Positions 17,579 through 27,811 of a stretch of DNA of 52,659 nucleotides are shown one piece after another. Source of the DNA: a virus. Lineage: Duplodnaviria; Caudoviricetes. The notes beneath the pieces are model-generated. The model made no database searches and was not told where the DNA came from. It saw only the letters and a program-made list of their open reading frames with translations. A program made the translations under genes and the position numbers. The DNA lies in the IMG/VR virus record IMGVR_UViG_3300020042_002183, positions 1-52,659 of that record; one strand, written 5' to 3'. Position 1 is the first letter of the stretch. The number at the start of each line of letters is the position of its first letter.

Positions 17579-20500
17579 TTATTCATTTAGGGGCGATTGT
17601 CTCGCAGTTTTGAATCGCTTCATTAACGGAGACATAGAAGCGCGTTTCTTGTAAGAATTCGATGCTTTAACATTGCCACCCCTCTTGTATTCGCTTGGCT
17701 TCTTTAACTCTGTAATGTAGTCAGAGTAGTCGTCTAAGAACCGCTCGTCGATAGGTTGAGAGATTCTTTCGTTGCGCTTTTCGATTGCCCCAATTGCGGC
17801 GTTGCGCAAGCTTTCCTTGTTGTAGGGCTTGAGGTTTTCACGCTCCATCAACTCACGCTTGATTGGGTTGAGGGTGCGATGAAACAGGGCTTCTACATTG
17901 ATGTTGTCCTCAAGGCGACCAAGGTGCTCCCCGCTGAAATTGGTGTCGTATGGGTACTTGCCAGCAGACGGGGACAGTTGCATGCCGCCGGGGGTGTTCC
18001 GCATGACTGTAGAGCCAATGAAGCCCTTGTCCACGCCGCGCAATGGCTCGTAGGTAGTGGCATTCATCAAGTCTTCAGCATTGAACCCAAGCTTTTCTTG
18101 CGAACCCTTTTGCCAAACGATCCTGTCAGCAATTGCTTTGCGGAGTTCGCCAGAGGGGACTTTGAGTCCTTCCCCTGTGTAGATCTGGTTTAGACCTTCT
18201 GGGTCGGTAAATCCCTTGAACTCGGCAAACGGCTTCTTGCCTTTGTATTTTGCTTCGGGCGGGGTGTAGTTCTTCACCATGTCGCTCAACTCGTCAGCTT
18301 GTTTCTGTGTCAATTCACCAGTCATCAATTTGTAGTTGATCCAGTCAAAGCTGAACTCGCTGTACGGAAGGGCGTAATCCTCGGCACGGTAACCCATGGT
18401 GATCGGAAAGTGGAGCAACTCTCCAGTACCGCCGCTGGCAATGTTTTCCTTTACAGCGGTATCTGCACGAGTCTTGACTCGCTTGGATATTTCTTCACCA
18501 GACGATCCAGCTACGCCTTTGTTCACATGAATAGTGTCGAAAGCATATGGGATGCCGCCATGGGTCACATCAAATATCTGGTTCGGCAGATCGACTCCAG
18601 AAAGCTGAGTTGTACGCACGTTGCGGCTCTGGCTATCCCATGGGATCACCATGCCGCTCCCGCCTTTGAACTTGCTTGGGTCAAACGGATCGTTGGGGTT
18701 TAAGCCAAAAGCAGGTTCATTGACAAAGCGTGTGCCAACCAAGGGGTCAGGCTTTTGCGGTGTGCTTTGGCGATAGCCAACGGATGGCGCTGTTTGCCTT
18801 GCCAGTTCTTGGCGCTTGCCCTCAGCGTCCGCAGCGGCCTGACGCTTGGCACGAGCCTCAGCGCCCAACCGTTTGGCAATGTCTGGCTCTTCGTCAATCA
18901 GGTTGGAAACGATGATTCCCGGCTTGCTCTTGATCACCAAGCTTGGCTTGGCTGCTGCTTTTGCAGCTTTCCCCAACTTGGCCGCACCGCCAATGGCGTA
19001 TCCAGCAGCAGGTGATGCGCTGTTCTGTGGGCTGGGTGCGCCAACATCGTTCTCGCCTTCGACAGCGCCGCCCATGGCGTACACATCGGGTAGCTTGATA
19101 GGTGGCCGCTCAAATCCCTCTGGCAGCACCATGTTGTCAGTCATCTCAAGCTCTTTCCTGAGCGCTTCAATGTACTCCTCTTGACTGCGGCGAGGGAAAT
19201 CACGCAACTCAGAGTTTGGTGACAGTTGCACCAAGCTGGACGGCTCTCCAGACTCGGCCATAGCCCGACTGCGGTGGCGACCTTCATGCCCAGAAATAAA
19301 TGGCATGAGCGGCAATCCCTGCTCTTCCTTGCTGATGTTGAGATACGGCATTTCATTGAAGCCACCCTGCACACGCTGCAAATGTTGGATGTATTCGTCG
19401 GTTGGAACGGTTCTCTTGTCAATATCACCCTGCCTTGCCAATTCCGCAGCTTTGGGGCCAATATCTGACCTTGAGCGATCTTGCAATTCCTTGGCGTACC
19501 TCTGGAAGTCGGCTGGATTCATAGTCATCAAAGCCTTGGCGTTATCTCCAAGGAACGCCTCCCTGAACGCCTGCTCTTTGTACATGCGCTCAAGGTTGGG
19601 GATCTCGTCAGCAGCGCGTTCAACACGCCGTGCGCCGTATTGACCCTTGCTTTGGAGGACTTCCTCTTTGACACGACCAAGTTTGCTTGGAATGATGATG
19701 CTGGGAGCGTTAGGAAGCTCGGAGAGCACGATCTTTTCAGGAACACGGACAGCCTGCTTTGCAGCTTTGCCAGCCTTGCCAGCTTTAACAGCCCCACCGA
19801 ACTGGAACTGCTTGTCCTCAAGCTCCATCCGCATAGTGTCGGGATTGTCAGAAAAGCGGACAGCTTCGTCATCCATGGCAGGCTGTTCCAAAGCCTCCAT
19901 GCCAACGGCTCCAGTGCCCACAGGAACGCCGATCTGCTGATACAGGGGTAACCCCTTCTCGTTGATGTCCTGACGCATCTCAGGGGTCACCTGTAGGCTG
20001 TGGACGGGCTTTGCGTTGAGGTCGTCAAGCTTGGCGTGGAAGATGGCCTTTTCGTCTGGAGACATTGCGGCATAAGCTTGCGGCGTGACCCCCAGCTTCA
20101 TGGCGGCATCACTGCGGCCATCTGGGCTTCGTATACCAATTTCATCGACCTGAACGCCGTACTGCTTGCCCAGCTTGTTAAGGTAGTCAGGCAGCATCTT
20201 GTCGTAGAAGCTCTTCATGCCCTCACCGCCAACTTGAAGGTCAACACCTCCCAAAGCGCCACTGGTTTCTTGGTCATTCAGGATTTTTTCAGCCACCTCT
20301 TTTCCAAGGTGATCCGACAACTCTCCTTGACTAACCGTTTTTGGCTCGGTCAATGCCATGCCGTCTTTTTCTGGAGTGAATGTAATTCTTCCATCGGGAT
20401 CTCTCTCCCAAATGACCGCATCCACATGCTTGCTCAGGTCATATCGGTCAGCCTGCTCTGCGCCTTTTGTCAAAGCAACCCTGTCGTAGCCACCCTCAGC

Positions 20501-23500
20501 GGCCTCTTGCATTACCCTGCGTAGAGCCAGTTCGTGCCAGTCTTTTTTAAACGGGGCATCAGGGAGTTTTTCCTGCTGGGATCTCTCGAACAATTGGCGC
20601 TCCTGCGCCTCCAAGTCATCAACTTTTCGTCGGTGAGAATCGACCATTTTTGTGATGTCACTGAATCGAGCCTCTTTGATATAGACTGGCGCTCCATTTT
20701 CAGTCACAACATTGACAAGACTATCTCCAGAAAGTTCTGGCAAATCAAGGTCGCGGTTTATTGCATTTTTACCTTCAATCCATTTAATACCCTCATCGCC
20801 TTGCTGCGCAATGAAGTCAGAAACCTTCATTTGCTGGCCGTCTATTTCTCCAAACCTTGACTTGTATGCCTCTTTGTAGCCCTGCTTGCGGCCCTTTTGA
20901 TGCCAATCGGATTGGATCTCCTCAACGTGCAAGATCTTTTCGCCGTTGGGGCCAGTGCGGTCACTGACACGGATGCTTGCCAGAATGTTAGGTTCACCAC
21001 CAAAGTGTCCTGCAACGCCGGGAAAGCCCTCACCTTTGGCGGCTGGCATCTTCAGCAATATCTCGCGGTAGTTCTCACCACCGGGTATGGTGAACTTCTC
21101 ATGGCGGGGGCTGGGCCTGCCAATCCCATGATTGATCGATCCATCATCAATCAAAGATAGACGGGCTTCCTCGCGCAACTCTTCCATATTGTTTTTTATG
21201 TTGAACAAGTAGTTTTCTTCAGCCAACTCATTAATGTCGTCACCACGCTCGGCATAGTAACGAGCGCTCTCAACAGCTTTGTCGTAAGCCAGTTTGTCAG
21301 CCAACTCGTCAATCTCTTTTTGGTTTGGGTTGCCTAACACCTTCTCTTCAATCTTGACAGGGGGTCGAGCCTCCAACTCCTTGACAAACTGATCCTTGGT
21401 CATCTTGGGCATGGCCTCGATGTCGGCCAGCTTGCGGCCCTTGAGTTCAGTTGCCTTGATTCCGGGCGTTGACTTGATCTCAGCCATGAACTCCTTGCCA
21501 GTGCCCATGGGACGCTTTAAACCAAGCGCAGCCCTGTCAACAGCGGAGTAGAAGCCCTTACCAGCTTTGGCGGCTTTAACAGCCCCACCGATTTGGAAAT
21601 GCCGATCACCGAGTTCCATACGCATGGTGTCAGGGTTGTCGGAAATGCGGACAGCGCCACCCTGCGCAAACTCAGGTTCAGCGTCTGGGGTGGGATTGAA
21701 CATCTGTTGGTAACGAGCCGTCTCTTCGGGATCAATGTAGGGCTTGAGTTCAACTCCCTTGTCGCGCAGGAAGGCTTGCTCAGTCTCATTAAAAGCATCA
21801 GAGGTGGGGCGTAAGCCCGTGTTGCGAAGATCCTTAACTTCAGACCATTGGCCGCTCCTGACAAAGTCTTGCACGAATGGTATGTAGTCGTCTTTAGGCT
21901 TGGCGTTGCCCTTACCTTTAATCTGAAGGATGCTGTCTGGCTGTGGTTGGACTCCAGCCTCTTTCAACGCTTGCGCTGTATTCTCGTCGGTCAATTCTTC
22001 GACATCAGGGTTACGCCTGCGCCATTGCATAACGTGCTCACGATACTGTGCTTTTTCAGCAGGGGACAAACGAGCAAAAGCCTCGCCGCTGACGGGATAC
22101 GGGTTTTGGTTTGGCTTCACCTCAACCGTTACATGAGGTTCACCCTTGGCATCGCGCAGGCTGTAAATACGGGAGCGACCTTCCAGCACGTCAGGGCAAT
22201 AGCCACCAACGCAGTGACCCATGGTGTCACCCTCGTATTTGAGGGCATCTTCAAGCCTTGTTTCGCTCATGTTTTTTAGAGCTTCGTCAAGGGTATCGCC
22301 AGCAGCCGCCTGCTTCCCGTCTGGGCCAATGATTTTCACGCCTTCTGAATACTCTGATTTGTACGGCTCCGCTCTGAATCCCTCTGGCAAATCCGTCAAG
22401 TCCGCTGGCTTGGTCAACTCAATCCATCGATAGCCCTCGTCTCCATAGTCCTTGTAGACAGGAAAGCCCTCTTGCTGCTTGATGGCGGTATCGCGCATCC
22501 TGATCGCCATCTCCTGATCAAAATCGGCGGCACGGCGAACAGCTTGCTCCATGCTCACCTTGTTCAGTTGTTCAGGGGTAATCCGACCAGCGGCTACATC
22601 TTGACGCAGGACATCCACAACATGGCCGAAGTTAAGACCTCCAATGGCACTGGAATAAATTGGGGTCTCTGGATCTACTTTTGTTATCCAAGGACTCTCA
22701 AGAGCTATTTTTAAAAGCTTGTCATTCATGGAGCCACGGATCGTCATGTAGTTTGTGTATGCATCCTCAAAATCTTTGCCAAAATTACCGCCAATCATGG
22801 CGGCTTTGTCTTTGTAGGGAAGATTTTTTAGAGCACTCACTACGCCTTCTGGCTGATTTTTTGAGACTAAAAATTTGTCAAAGGCATTGTTTATGGCAAT
22901 CTTGGTGTCGTTCAAAACGCGATCTGCGTCTTGCGCTTGAGCAAGTTTTGCTGGCTGGGCTTGAATGTCTCCAGCCCTATAAGACACGATTGCATCATCA
23001 GCCCTTTGCTCATACATGTTGGCTGGATCGGATCTAGCCACCCCACTTTCATCAAACCCGGCCTTCGTCCGCTTTTCAGCCAAATATTCTGGAACGTTAC
23101 GATAATCCGCTAAATCTTCGTCAGGCAGATTCGAGATGTATTTATTGGCAAAATCTCTTTGGGCAAACGCATCTGTTGCTGCGGCTTCCGCCTCCCTTGA
23201 CAAGTTAGCTTTACGCCTCGGATCAACTTCCTCGGCTGCTCTTTGCCTAATCCGTTCAGCACGATCTAAATCCTTTTTGAACTGCTCATTAATCTCATCG
23301 TAGCGGCGATCAATCATCAGGCGCACAGGATCGTCAGGGGTAGCCATTTCCTTCTTGACATAGTTTGTCAAGTTGCTGTCAATCCATTTATCAATTGCGG
23401 CTTCGCCTTTGGTTTGATCTAACTGGTAGCGCACCCTGTCAAGTTGATCTTGATTTAGCGATGGGTCTTTCAGTAAAGCCTCGTGTTTGGAAATGCGTTC

Positions 23501-24295
23501 AGCAGGTGTCTCTCCTGCAATCGTCCGAGTCTTGAGATGCTTCAGATCCTTCTCAACACTGCCTGATGCAAAGTTGCCGCCCTTTGGCTTGACGACATAT
23601 TGTGGAGCCACTGGAGACAGCACCGATGCCAGTGCGCCTTGGCCCTCCACGCCCTTGGCGATCTGCTCTGCGGTCATGCGGCCCAAGCTCTTAGCGCCCT
23701 TGCCTGCCAGTCTTGCGGCGGCGTTGCCAGCCTTGACAGTGCCGTACAGGCCAGCATCAGCAGCCAAGTTGCCAACAAATTGAGCGGCGGCTCCCGTAGG
23801 GCTGTAGGTCAGATCCTTGCCGGGTAGCACCCTCTGGAAGTCCTCAGACGATGGCAGAAACGACCTCTCGCTTACGCCGGGGATCAGCATGCGGCCAAGG
23901 GTCTCGACATCACCGCCCAAACCGCCCACACCAGAGACTAAGCCACGAAAGGCTGACAGTGGTGCATTGGCCGAGGCTTCGCGGTCATTGAAGGCGCGTT
24001 TGCCCTTCATCTGGGGGTAGACACCGAATGCAGGCTGGGAGGCTTGGGATGCTTCGCGGAACGATGGCGCAGTAGCTGGGGGTTGCAATCCAGCCATGAA
24101 GCTCTTTAGATCTACGTCTTTTGGGTTGGACGGAGTTAAGCGAGAAAAGTCGTCGAATTCTTGACGGCGCTCGTCGGCGTAGAAGTCACGAAGCTGCTGC
24201 CTTTGCCGATCAAGCTCTTGCGGTGCTGGCTCAAGCTTCAGTTGTTTTTTGACCTGATCAAGCGTCAAGGTCTGTGGGGCACGAGGGTTGGGCAT
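17579..24295 (-). CDS. Giant polyvalent protein (PcfJ-like, EIQSDWHQ-type and ParB-like modules)
   Basis: 2238 aa; EGDTMGHCVGGY...IYSLRD...PHVTVEV; GGENYREILL...HVEEIQSDWHQKGR; GHEGRHR; modules separated by repeated linkers. Confidence 0.7.
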   Translation of the reverse strand: MPNPRAPQTLTLDQVKKQLKLEPAPQELDRQRQQLRDFYADERRQEFDDFSRLTPSNPKDVDLKSFMAGLQPPATAPSFREASQASQPAFGVYPQMKGKRAFNDREASANAPLSAFRGLVSGVGGLGGDVETLGRMLIPGVSERSFLPSSEDFQRVLPGKDLTYSPTGAAAQFVGNLAADAGLYGTVKAGNAAARLAGKGAKSLGRMTAEQIAKGVEGQGALASVLSPVAPQYVVKPKGGNFASGSVEKDLKHLKTRTIAGETPAERISKHEALLKDPSLNQDQLDRVRYQLDQTKGEAAIDKWIDSNLTNYVKKEMATPDDPVRLMIDRRYDEINEQFKKDLDRAERIRQRAAEEVDPRRKANLSREAEAAATDAFAQRDFANKYISNLPDEDLADYRNVPEYLAEKRTKAGFDESGVARSDPANMYEQRADDAIVSYRAGDIQAQPAKLAQAQDADRVLNDTKIAINNAFDKFLVSKNQPEGVVSALKNLPYKDKAAMIGGNFGKDFEDAYTNYMTIRGSMNDKLLKIALESPWITKVDPETPIYSSAIGGLNFGHVVDVLRQDVAAGRITPEQLNKVSMEQAVRRAADFDQEMAIRMRDTAIKQQEGFPVYKDYGDEGYRWIELTKPADLTDLPEGFRAEPYKSEYSEGVKIIGPDGKQAAAGDTLDEALKNMSETRLEDALKYEGDTMGHCVGGYCPDVLEGRSRIYSLRDAKGEPHVTVEVKPNQNPYPVSGEAFARLSPAEKAQYREHVMQWRRRNPDVEELTDENTAQALKEAGVQPQPDSILQIKGKGNAKPKDDYIPFVQDFVRSGQWSEVKDLRNTGLRPTSDAFNETEQAFLRDKGVELKPYIDPEETARYQQMFNPTPDAEPEFAQGGAVRISDNPDTMRMELGDRHFQIGGAVKAAKAGKGFYSAVDRAALGLKRPMGTGKEFMAEIKSTPGIKATELKGRKLADIEAMPKMTKDQFVKELEARPPVKIEEKVLGNPNQKEIDELADKLAYDKAVESARYYAERGDDINELAEENYLFNIKNNMEELREEARLSLIDDGSINHGIGRPSPRHEKFTIPGGENYREILLKMPAAKGEGFPGVAGHFGGEPNILASIRVSDRTGPNGEKILHVEEIQSDWHQKGRKQGYKEAYKSRFGEIDGQQMKVSDFIAQQGDEGIKWIEGKNAINRDLDLPELSGDSLVNVVTENGAPVYIKEARFSDITKMVDSHRRKVDDLEAQERQLFERSQQEKLPDAPFKKDWHELALRRVMQEAAEGGYDRVALTKGAEQADRYDLSKHVDAVIWERDPDGRITFTPEKDGMALTEPKTVSQGELSDHLGKEVAEKILNDQETSGALGGVDLQVGGEGMKSFYDKMLPDYLNKLGKQYGVQVDEIGIRSPDGRSDAAMKLGVTPQAYAAMSPDEKAIFHAKLDDLNAKPVHSLQVTPEMRQDINEKGLPLYQQIGVPVGTGAVGMEALEQPAMDDEAVRFSDNPDTMRMELEDKQFQFGGAVKAGKAGKAAKQAVRVPEKIVLSELPNAPSIIIPSKLGRVKEEVLQSKGQYGARRVERAADEIPNLERMYKEQAFREAFLGDNAKALMTMNPADFQRYAKELQDRSRSDIGPKAAELARQGDIDKRTVPTDEYIQHLQRVQGGFNEMPYLNISKEEQGLPLMPFISGHEGRHRSRAMAESGEPSSLVQLSPNSELRDFPRRSQEEYIEALRKELEMTDNMVLPEGFERPPIKLPDVYAMGGAVEGENDVGAPSPQNSASPAAGYAIGGAAKLGKAAKAAAKPSLVIKSKPGIIVSNLIDEEPDIAKRLGAEARAKRQAAADAEGKRQELARQTAPSVGYRQSTPQKPDPLVGTRFVNEPAFGLNPNDPFDPSKFKGGSGMVIPWDSQSRNVRTTQLSGVDLPNQIFDVTHGGIPYAFDTIHVNKGVAGSSGEEISKRVKTRADTAVKENIASGGTGELLHFPITMGYRAEDYALPYSEFSFDWINYKLMTGELTQKQADELSDMVKNYTPPEAKYKGKKPFAEFKGFTDPEGLNQIYTGEGLKVPSGELRKAIADRIVWQKGSQEKLGFNAEDLMNATTYEPLRGVDKGFIGSTVMRNTPGGMQLSPSAGKYPYDTNFSGEHLGRLEDNINVEALFHRTLNPIKRELMERENLKPYNKESLRNAAIGAIEKRNERISQPIDERFLDDYSDYITELKKPSEYKRGGNVKASNSYKKRASMSPLMKRFKTARQSPLNE

Positions 24296-24352
24296 TGTGA
24301 CCTCGGAAATGTAGTTGCTACATCATACCTTCCCACGCCTTGCAAGGAAAGA

Positions 24353-24585
24353 GGCTACTCGCTGCGTCTGAGAGCATCAACAAAGTCTTTTTCACGGACT
24401 TCTACCGTGTCAGCATCCGCTTTCGCCTACACGGCTGGGGACTCGGGACGAACATCCATCGCTTCCCAACGATAGCTTCTAAATCCCCATGCGTGTAGGT
24501 TGTCAGTGGCCGGTGCGGTATCTGGTCATCGTTTCCAATGTGTCTTGACTTGCCCATGCTCCGTTTGCTTTCCTCACCACCAACA
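24353..24585 (-). ncRNA. Candidate structured non-coding RNA (three abutting stem modules)
   Basis: Intergenic between terL and the giant gene; e.g. CCTACACG/CGTGTAGG plus TGGGGATT/AGTCCCCA stems enclosing a GGGA-capped hairpin. Confidence 0.5.
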
Positions 24586-24597
24586 GAGTTAATGTTA

Positions 24598-26010
24598 TCA
24601 CACCGCATACGGGTTTTCGACCTTCTTGCTGTACTCAAGGTAGTCGTCATCGTCGTCCTCCCTTGGCGGCGGGTCGATGTTCAACCAACCAGCATCTCGC
24701 AGGAAGCGCAGGGCTTGGGTGCAGGCATCCACGAAGTCGTCGTGGGTGGACTCGGGGAACGAGCAGATCTGGCTCACGAAGCCTTCCGCCCAGTCCCGCA
24801 CATAGCCCTTGTTGACCGTAGACTCGGGTATCCAGACCCGCCCAGCCATGATGATGTTGGAGACAATCGACAGGCGCTGGACTTTGTCCGCTTTGCCGGG
24901 GTTGTACGCCCTAACGGGCAGGTGAGCGCGTTGCAAGTCCTGTATTAGGGAAATCCCTGATGACTTGTCCTCCACCAGAATCAGGTCAACCCGCTTCTTG
25001 TTGTTGCCCTCACCGAAGACGGTGTCGTACTCCTCAATGACCTTGGGGCGCAGGTCGGGGTACTGGAGCCTGTCCTGCCAGCAGTCGATCACAATCACGC
25101 TCATAGCCCCATCTATGGGCTTGAACACCCCAAAGGTGATGCAGGCCGTTGGGTCGTTCATGGTCTTGTCCGTGTAGGCGCAGTCGTAGCTTTGCAGGAT
25201 GTACTCAAACTTTGGCAACTCCTTCTTGGGAGGCCACAGCTTGAACCACTCCCGCTTGACCATGCCGCCCTCTTCTGGGTCGATGATCTCGGCGTAGATC
25301 TCCTGCCGCCCCAGCTTGGTTCCCTCGTACTGAAGGATCTGCTTTTGAAAGCTGGGCGCAAGGTTGTCGATGTTTGAGTAGGTCGAGGCGGTGGTCAGCA
25401 CCACATCGTCGCCATCCTTGCCAATAAGCTCAATGATCAAGTCTTTGGGCTTAGGGGTGGTGGTGCACAGGATGCGGGTCTTCTTGCCCAGCCGTACCCC
25501 GAACATGATCTGATCCCATGCGTCCTGCAGGTATTCCCAAGCGGCAAGCTCGTCGCACCATGCGCCATGGAACTGCGGCCCCCTGAACCGCTCAGGCTCA
25601 CTGGCTGGGATGCCTTTGATCAGGGAGCCATTGGTCAGGCGTAGCTCGTGGGCGGTCTTGTTGTAGTCGGCCACCAGAATCGGGGGGATGACGGCTATCA
25701 GCCCTGAGTCGCCCTCAAAGCAGGTTGCCCTGACATCAGCGGATGTAGGGGCGGCTACGAGCCATCGGGTTTTAGGTTGCTGCCATGCCCACCATCCGAT
25801 CTGCTCGGCGGCTGTGCGGGTCTTTCCTGCCCCCCTACCAGCCAACAGTAGCCAGATCGTCCACCAGTCGCCTGCTGGGAGGACTTGGTGCTGGTGGGCG
25901 ATGGTGAGCCAATTTGCCCTCCAGTCGAAGGCGGCGCGGGTTTCAGGATTGAGCAGAGAGTATTTCCGTTTGGTCTCGTCATCCTGAAGTACATCAGCGA
26001 GTTCAGACAT
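24598..26010 (-). CDS. terL: Terminase large subunit
   Basis: Walker A AGRGAGKT, Walker B AWCDELAAW, TTTP motif III, C-terminal nuclease HDDFVDACTQAL. Confidence 0.95.
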   Translation of the reverse strand: MSELADVLQDDETKRKYSLLNPETRAAFDWRANWLTIAHQHQVLPAGDWWTIWLLLAGRGAGKTRTAAEQIGWWAWQQPKTRWLVAAPTSADVRATCFEGDSGLIAVIPPILVADYNKTAHELRLTNGSLIKGIPASEPERFRGPQFHGAWCDELAAWEYLQDAWDQIMFGVRLGKKTRILCTTTPKPKDLIIELIGKDGDDVVLTTASTYSNIDNLAPSFQKQILQYEGTKLGRQEIYAEIIDPEEGGMVKREWFKLWPPKKELPKFEYILQSYDCAYTDKTMNDPTACITFGVFKPIDGAMSVIVIDCWQDRLQYPDLRPKVIEEYDTVFGEGNNKKRVDLILVEDKSSGISLIQDLQRAHLPVRAYNPGKADKVQRLSIVSNIIMAGRVWIPESTVNKGYVRDWAEGFVSQICSFPESTHDDFVDACTQALRFLRDAGWLNIDPPPREDDDDDYLEYSKKVENPYAV

Positions 26011-26551
26011 TGGACTCGGTCTGGCGTTTGAGTTCCACCGCCTTCAGAATCGTCTCAAAGATCCCTAAGTCCACCTTGGCCTCCAGCGGGTTCTCAGGGT
26101 CGCCACCCACCTGCATACGGTCACCATACTTCTTGGGCTTGAGCTTCATGGCCGTCCACTTCCTCGCATCAATGCGGTTTCTTTGCCACAATAGAAATGC
26201 ATTGTCCAGCTTGTGCTCGATGAGTGCCCCAGTCTTCTTGTCAAACACCTTGATGATCTCGGGTTGCTCGTCAGCAATGGCAATGATCTCATCAGCCAGT
26301 GTGTCAGCCTGATCTTCCCGTGCGCGTGCGTAAAGGTCGCAAAAGTCAGGGTAGGCGGCTAACCAACGGTACACAGTCGCCCTGTTTGGCATGTCCTCGC
26401 TCTTGGTGATAGTTCTGAGGCTATCCCCCTCTGAGAGTCTTACACAGATGACATTTGCTAGATCAGGGCCGTATTTGGTAGGCCTGCCCATGACTGGCTT
26501 TGCGGCTGGGGTCTCGGCCTGCGGTTCAATTAGTTTCTTTGCTCTCGCCAT
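26003..26551 (-). CDS. terS: Terminase small subunit (Sf6 gp1-like)
   Basis: GRPTKY...ICVRLSEGDSLRTI...MPNRATVYRWL...YARAREDQAD...IDARKW...KLKPKKYGD; upstream of terL. Confidence 0.9.
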   Translation of the reverse strand: MARAKKLIEPQAETPAAKPVMGRPTKYGPDLANVICVRLSEGDSLRTITKSEDMPNRATVYRWLAAYPDFCDLYARAREDQADTLADEIIAIADEQPEIIKVFDKKTGALIEHKLDNAFLLWQRNRIDARKWTAMKLKPKKYGDRMQVGGDPENPLEAKVDLGIFETILKAVELKRQTESNV

Positions 26552-26584
26552 TTGGATTGCTCCTTTAACAGCGAGTGTAAATCA

Positions 26585-26980
26585 TTATTGCCTGCGTACT
26601 ACTACCACTACACGGGAATTGCCGTGGAGTCTTGCGGGTTCTCCCGTTCCAAGTTTGAAGTGTTGTCTCCATCCCCTACCCGATGTGAAGTAGATGTCCC
26701 CCGTGCGTAGGAGTTTAAAGTGGGTGCTGGGGGGTAAGCTGGACAGGTACACGCCACCGGGGGTCATTGATACCCTCTTGCCGCCCTCTATCCGTTGGCG
26801 CACCTCATTGATCTTGATGGAGGTCTCCAACGACTTGATGATGCCCTGAAGGGTTGCGATGGCGTTTGCGGCCAGTGCTGGCTCCTTGGCGCACCATTCC
26901 TTTGACCAGATGACCTCGGGCACTGGTACGGGTTTATCTGCCCCAAATCGAGCGAATGTTGCTTTTAGTTTTTCAATCAC
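26585..26980 (-). CDS. Hypothetical protein
   Basis: 131 aa, GTG start with AGGAG RBS. Confidence 0.7.
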   Translation of the reverse strand: MIEKLKATFARFGADKPVPVPEVIWSKEWCAKEPALAANAIATLQGIIKSLETSIKINEVRQRIEGGKRVSMTPGGVYLSSLPPSTHFKLLRTGDIYFTSGRGWRQHFKLGTGEPARLHGNSRVVVVVRRQ

Positions 26981-27051
26981 TTGCGTTCTCCCTTGTTAAT
27001 GCTTGCTTGCCACAGCATGTATCTTACTTTAACTTTGTCATAGGGTTGCCG

Positions 27052-27180
27052 TCATTGAGCGACCTCCTGAACTTTGTTTTGTATGAGTCCGATGCCTTTG
27101 TCAGCCACCTTTGCCATGCCCGTAAACCCTACGGTACAAGCGGCAACGCCCAAGATGAACCCGCAGATAAAGTTAAGCAT
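27052..27180 (-). CDS. Small membrane protein (42 aa, not in ORF track)
   Basis: MLNFICGFILGVAACTVGFTGMAKVADKGIGLIQNKVQEVAQ; TGATG coupling with upstream gene. Confidence 0.6.
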   Translation of the reverse strand: MLNFICGFILGVAACTVGFTGMAKVADKGIGLIQNKVQEVAQ

Positions 27181-27608
27181 CAGCGTTTGCCTTTCGTTAC
27201 ATTCCAGTCGGTAGCTTGGTTGCGGTTTGCTACAGCGCGTGTGGTGTATTCAATCTTGTTTCTGTTTCGTCTTGTCTGTTGTCCCTGTGACTCCAAAGCG
27301 TTGTTTGCATTCCCTTCTTTTTCGGTGTCGTAGGTTGAGTCTTTAAGTTTGCGCAGCAGGGCCACGTCTTTTCCAGGCGGCTGATCCCACAGACGCTTGC
27401 TGATCTTGGACAAGTGCGATGCCACGAACACTCGAATGCCAACCTTCCATGGGAACCCGTTGCGAGGTATACGGCGCAACGCAGGCTCGATTTCGGTTAC
27501 CTTCTTGCCAGTGATTCCGTGAAACATAGACATGGCATCCCATACGTTTCCCGCCTTACGCCATGTCTTAATAAGGGAAGCATCCCAATACTCTTGATTG
27601 GTACTCAT
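27180..27608 (-). CDS. Hypothetical protein
   Basis: 142-aa ORF coupled to both neighbours. Confidence 0.7.
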   Translation of the reverse strand: MSTNQEYWDASLIKTWRKAGNVWDAMSMFHGITGKKVTEIEPALRRIPRNGFPWKVGIRVFVASHLSKISKRLWDQPPGKDVALLRKLKDSTYDTEKEGNANNALESQGQQTRRNRNKIEYTTRAVANRNQATDWNVTKGKR

Positions 27609-27811
27609 GCGTTCTTCTCCCTCAGCTTGGCTTCAATCATTTCGGCTATATGCCTTTCCCGTGATGGCTTATTAGAATTTAAAATTTTGTTTCTTTCTTC
27701 ATCCGTAAGCCCTGCCCACGGCTTCTTGTAGACCTGTGTGTCATCGTCCTCCAAGGCTCGCATCTTGGCTTCGCGCTCAAGGCGCTGGAATTCTTCATCT
27801 TCTTCAGTCAT
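27605..27811 (-). CDS. Hypothetical early protein
   Basis: PWAGLTDEE...IEAKLREKN motif typical of small phage early ORFs. Confidence 0.7.
   Translation of the reverse strand: MTEEDEEFQRLEREAKMRALEDDDTQVYKKPWAGLTDEERNKILNSNKPSRERHIAEMIEAKLREKNA

Noticed and set aside
24426-24499. Twister or other self-cleaving ribozyme (GTCCCCAGCC resembles a twister loop)
   Set aside because: The cleavage-site UAA and pseudoknot partners were not found, and the segment is paired in a simple stem.
24402-24650. 82-aa ORF downstream of terL
   Set aside because: It overlaps terL, has no recognisable features, and the region is better explained by RNA stems. A shorter peptide cannot be fully excluded.
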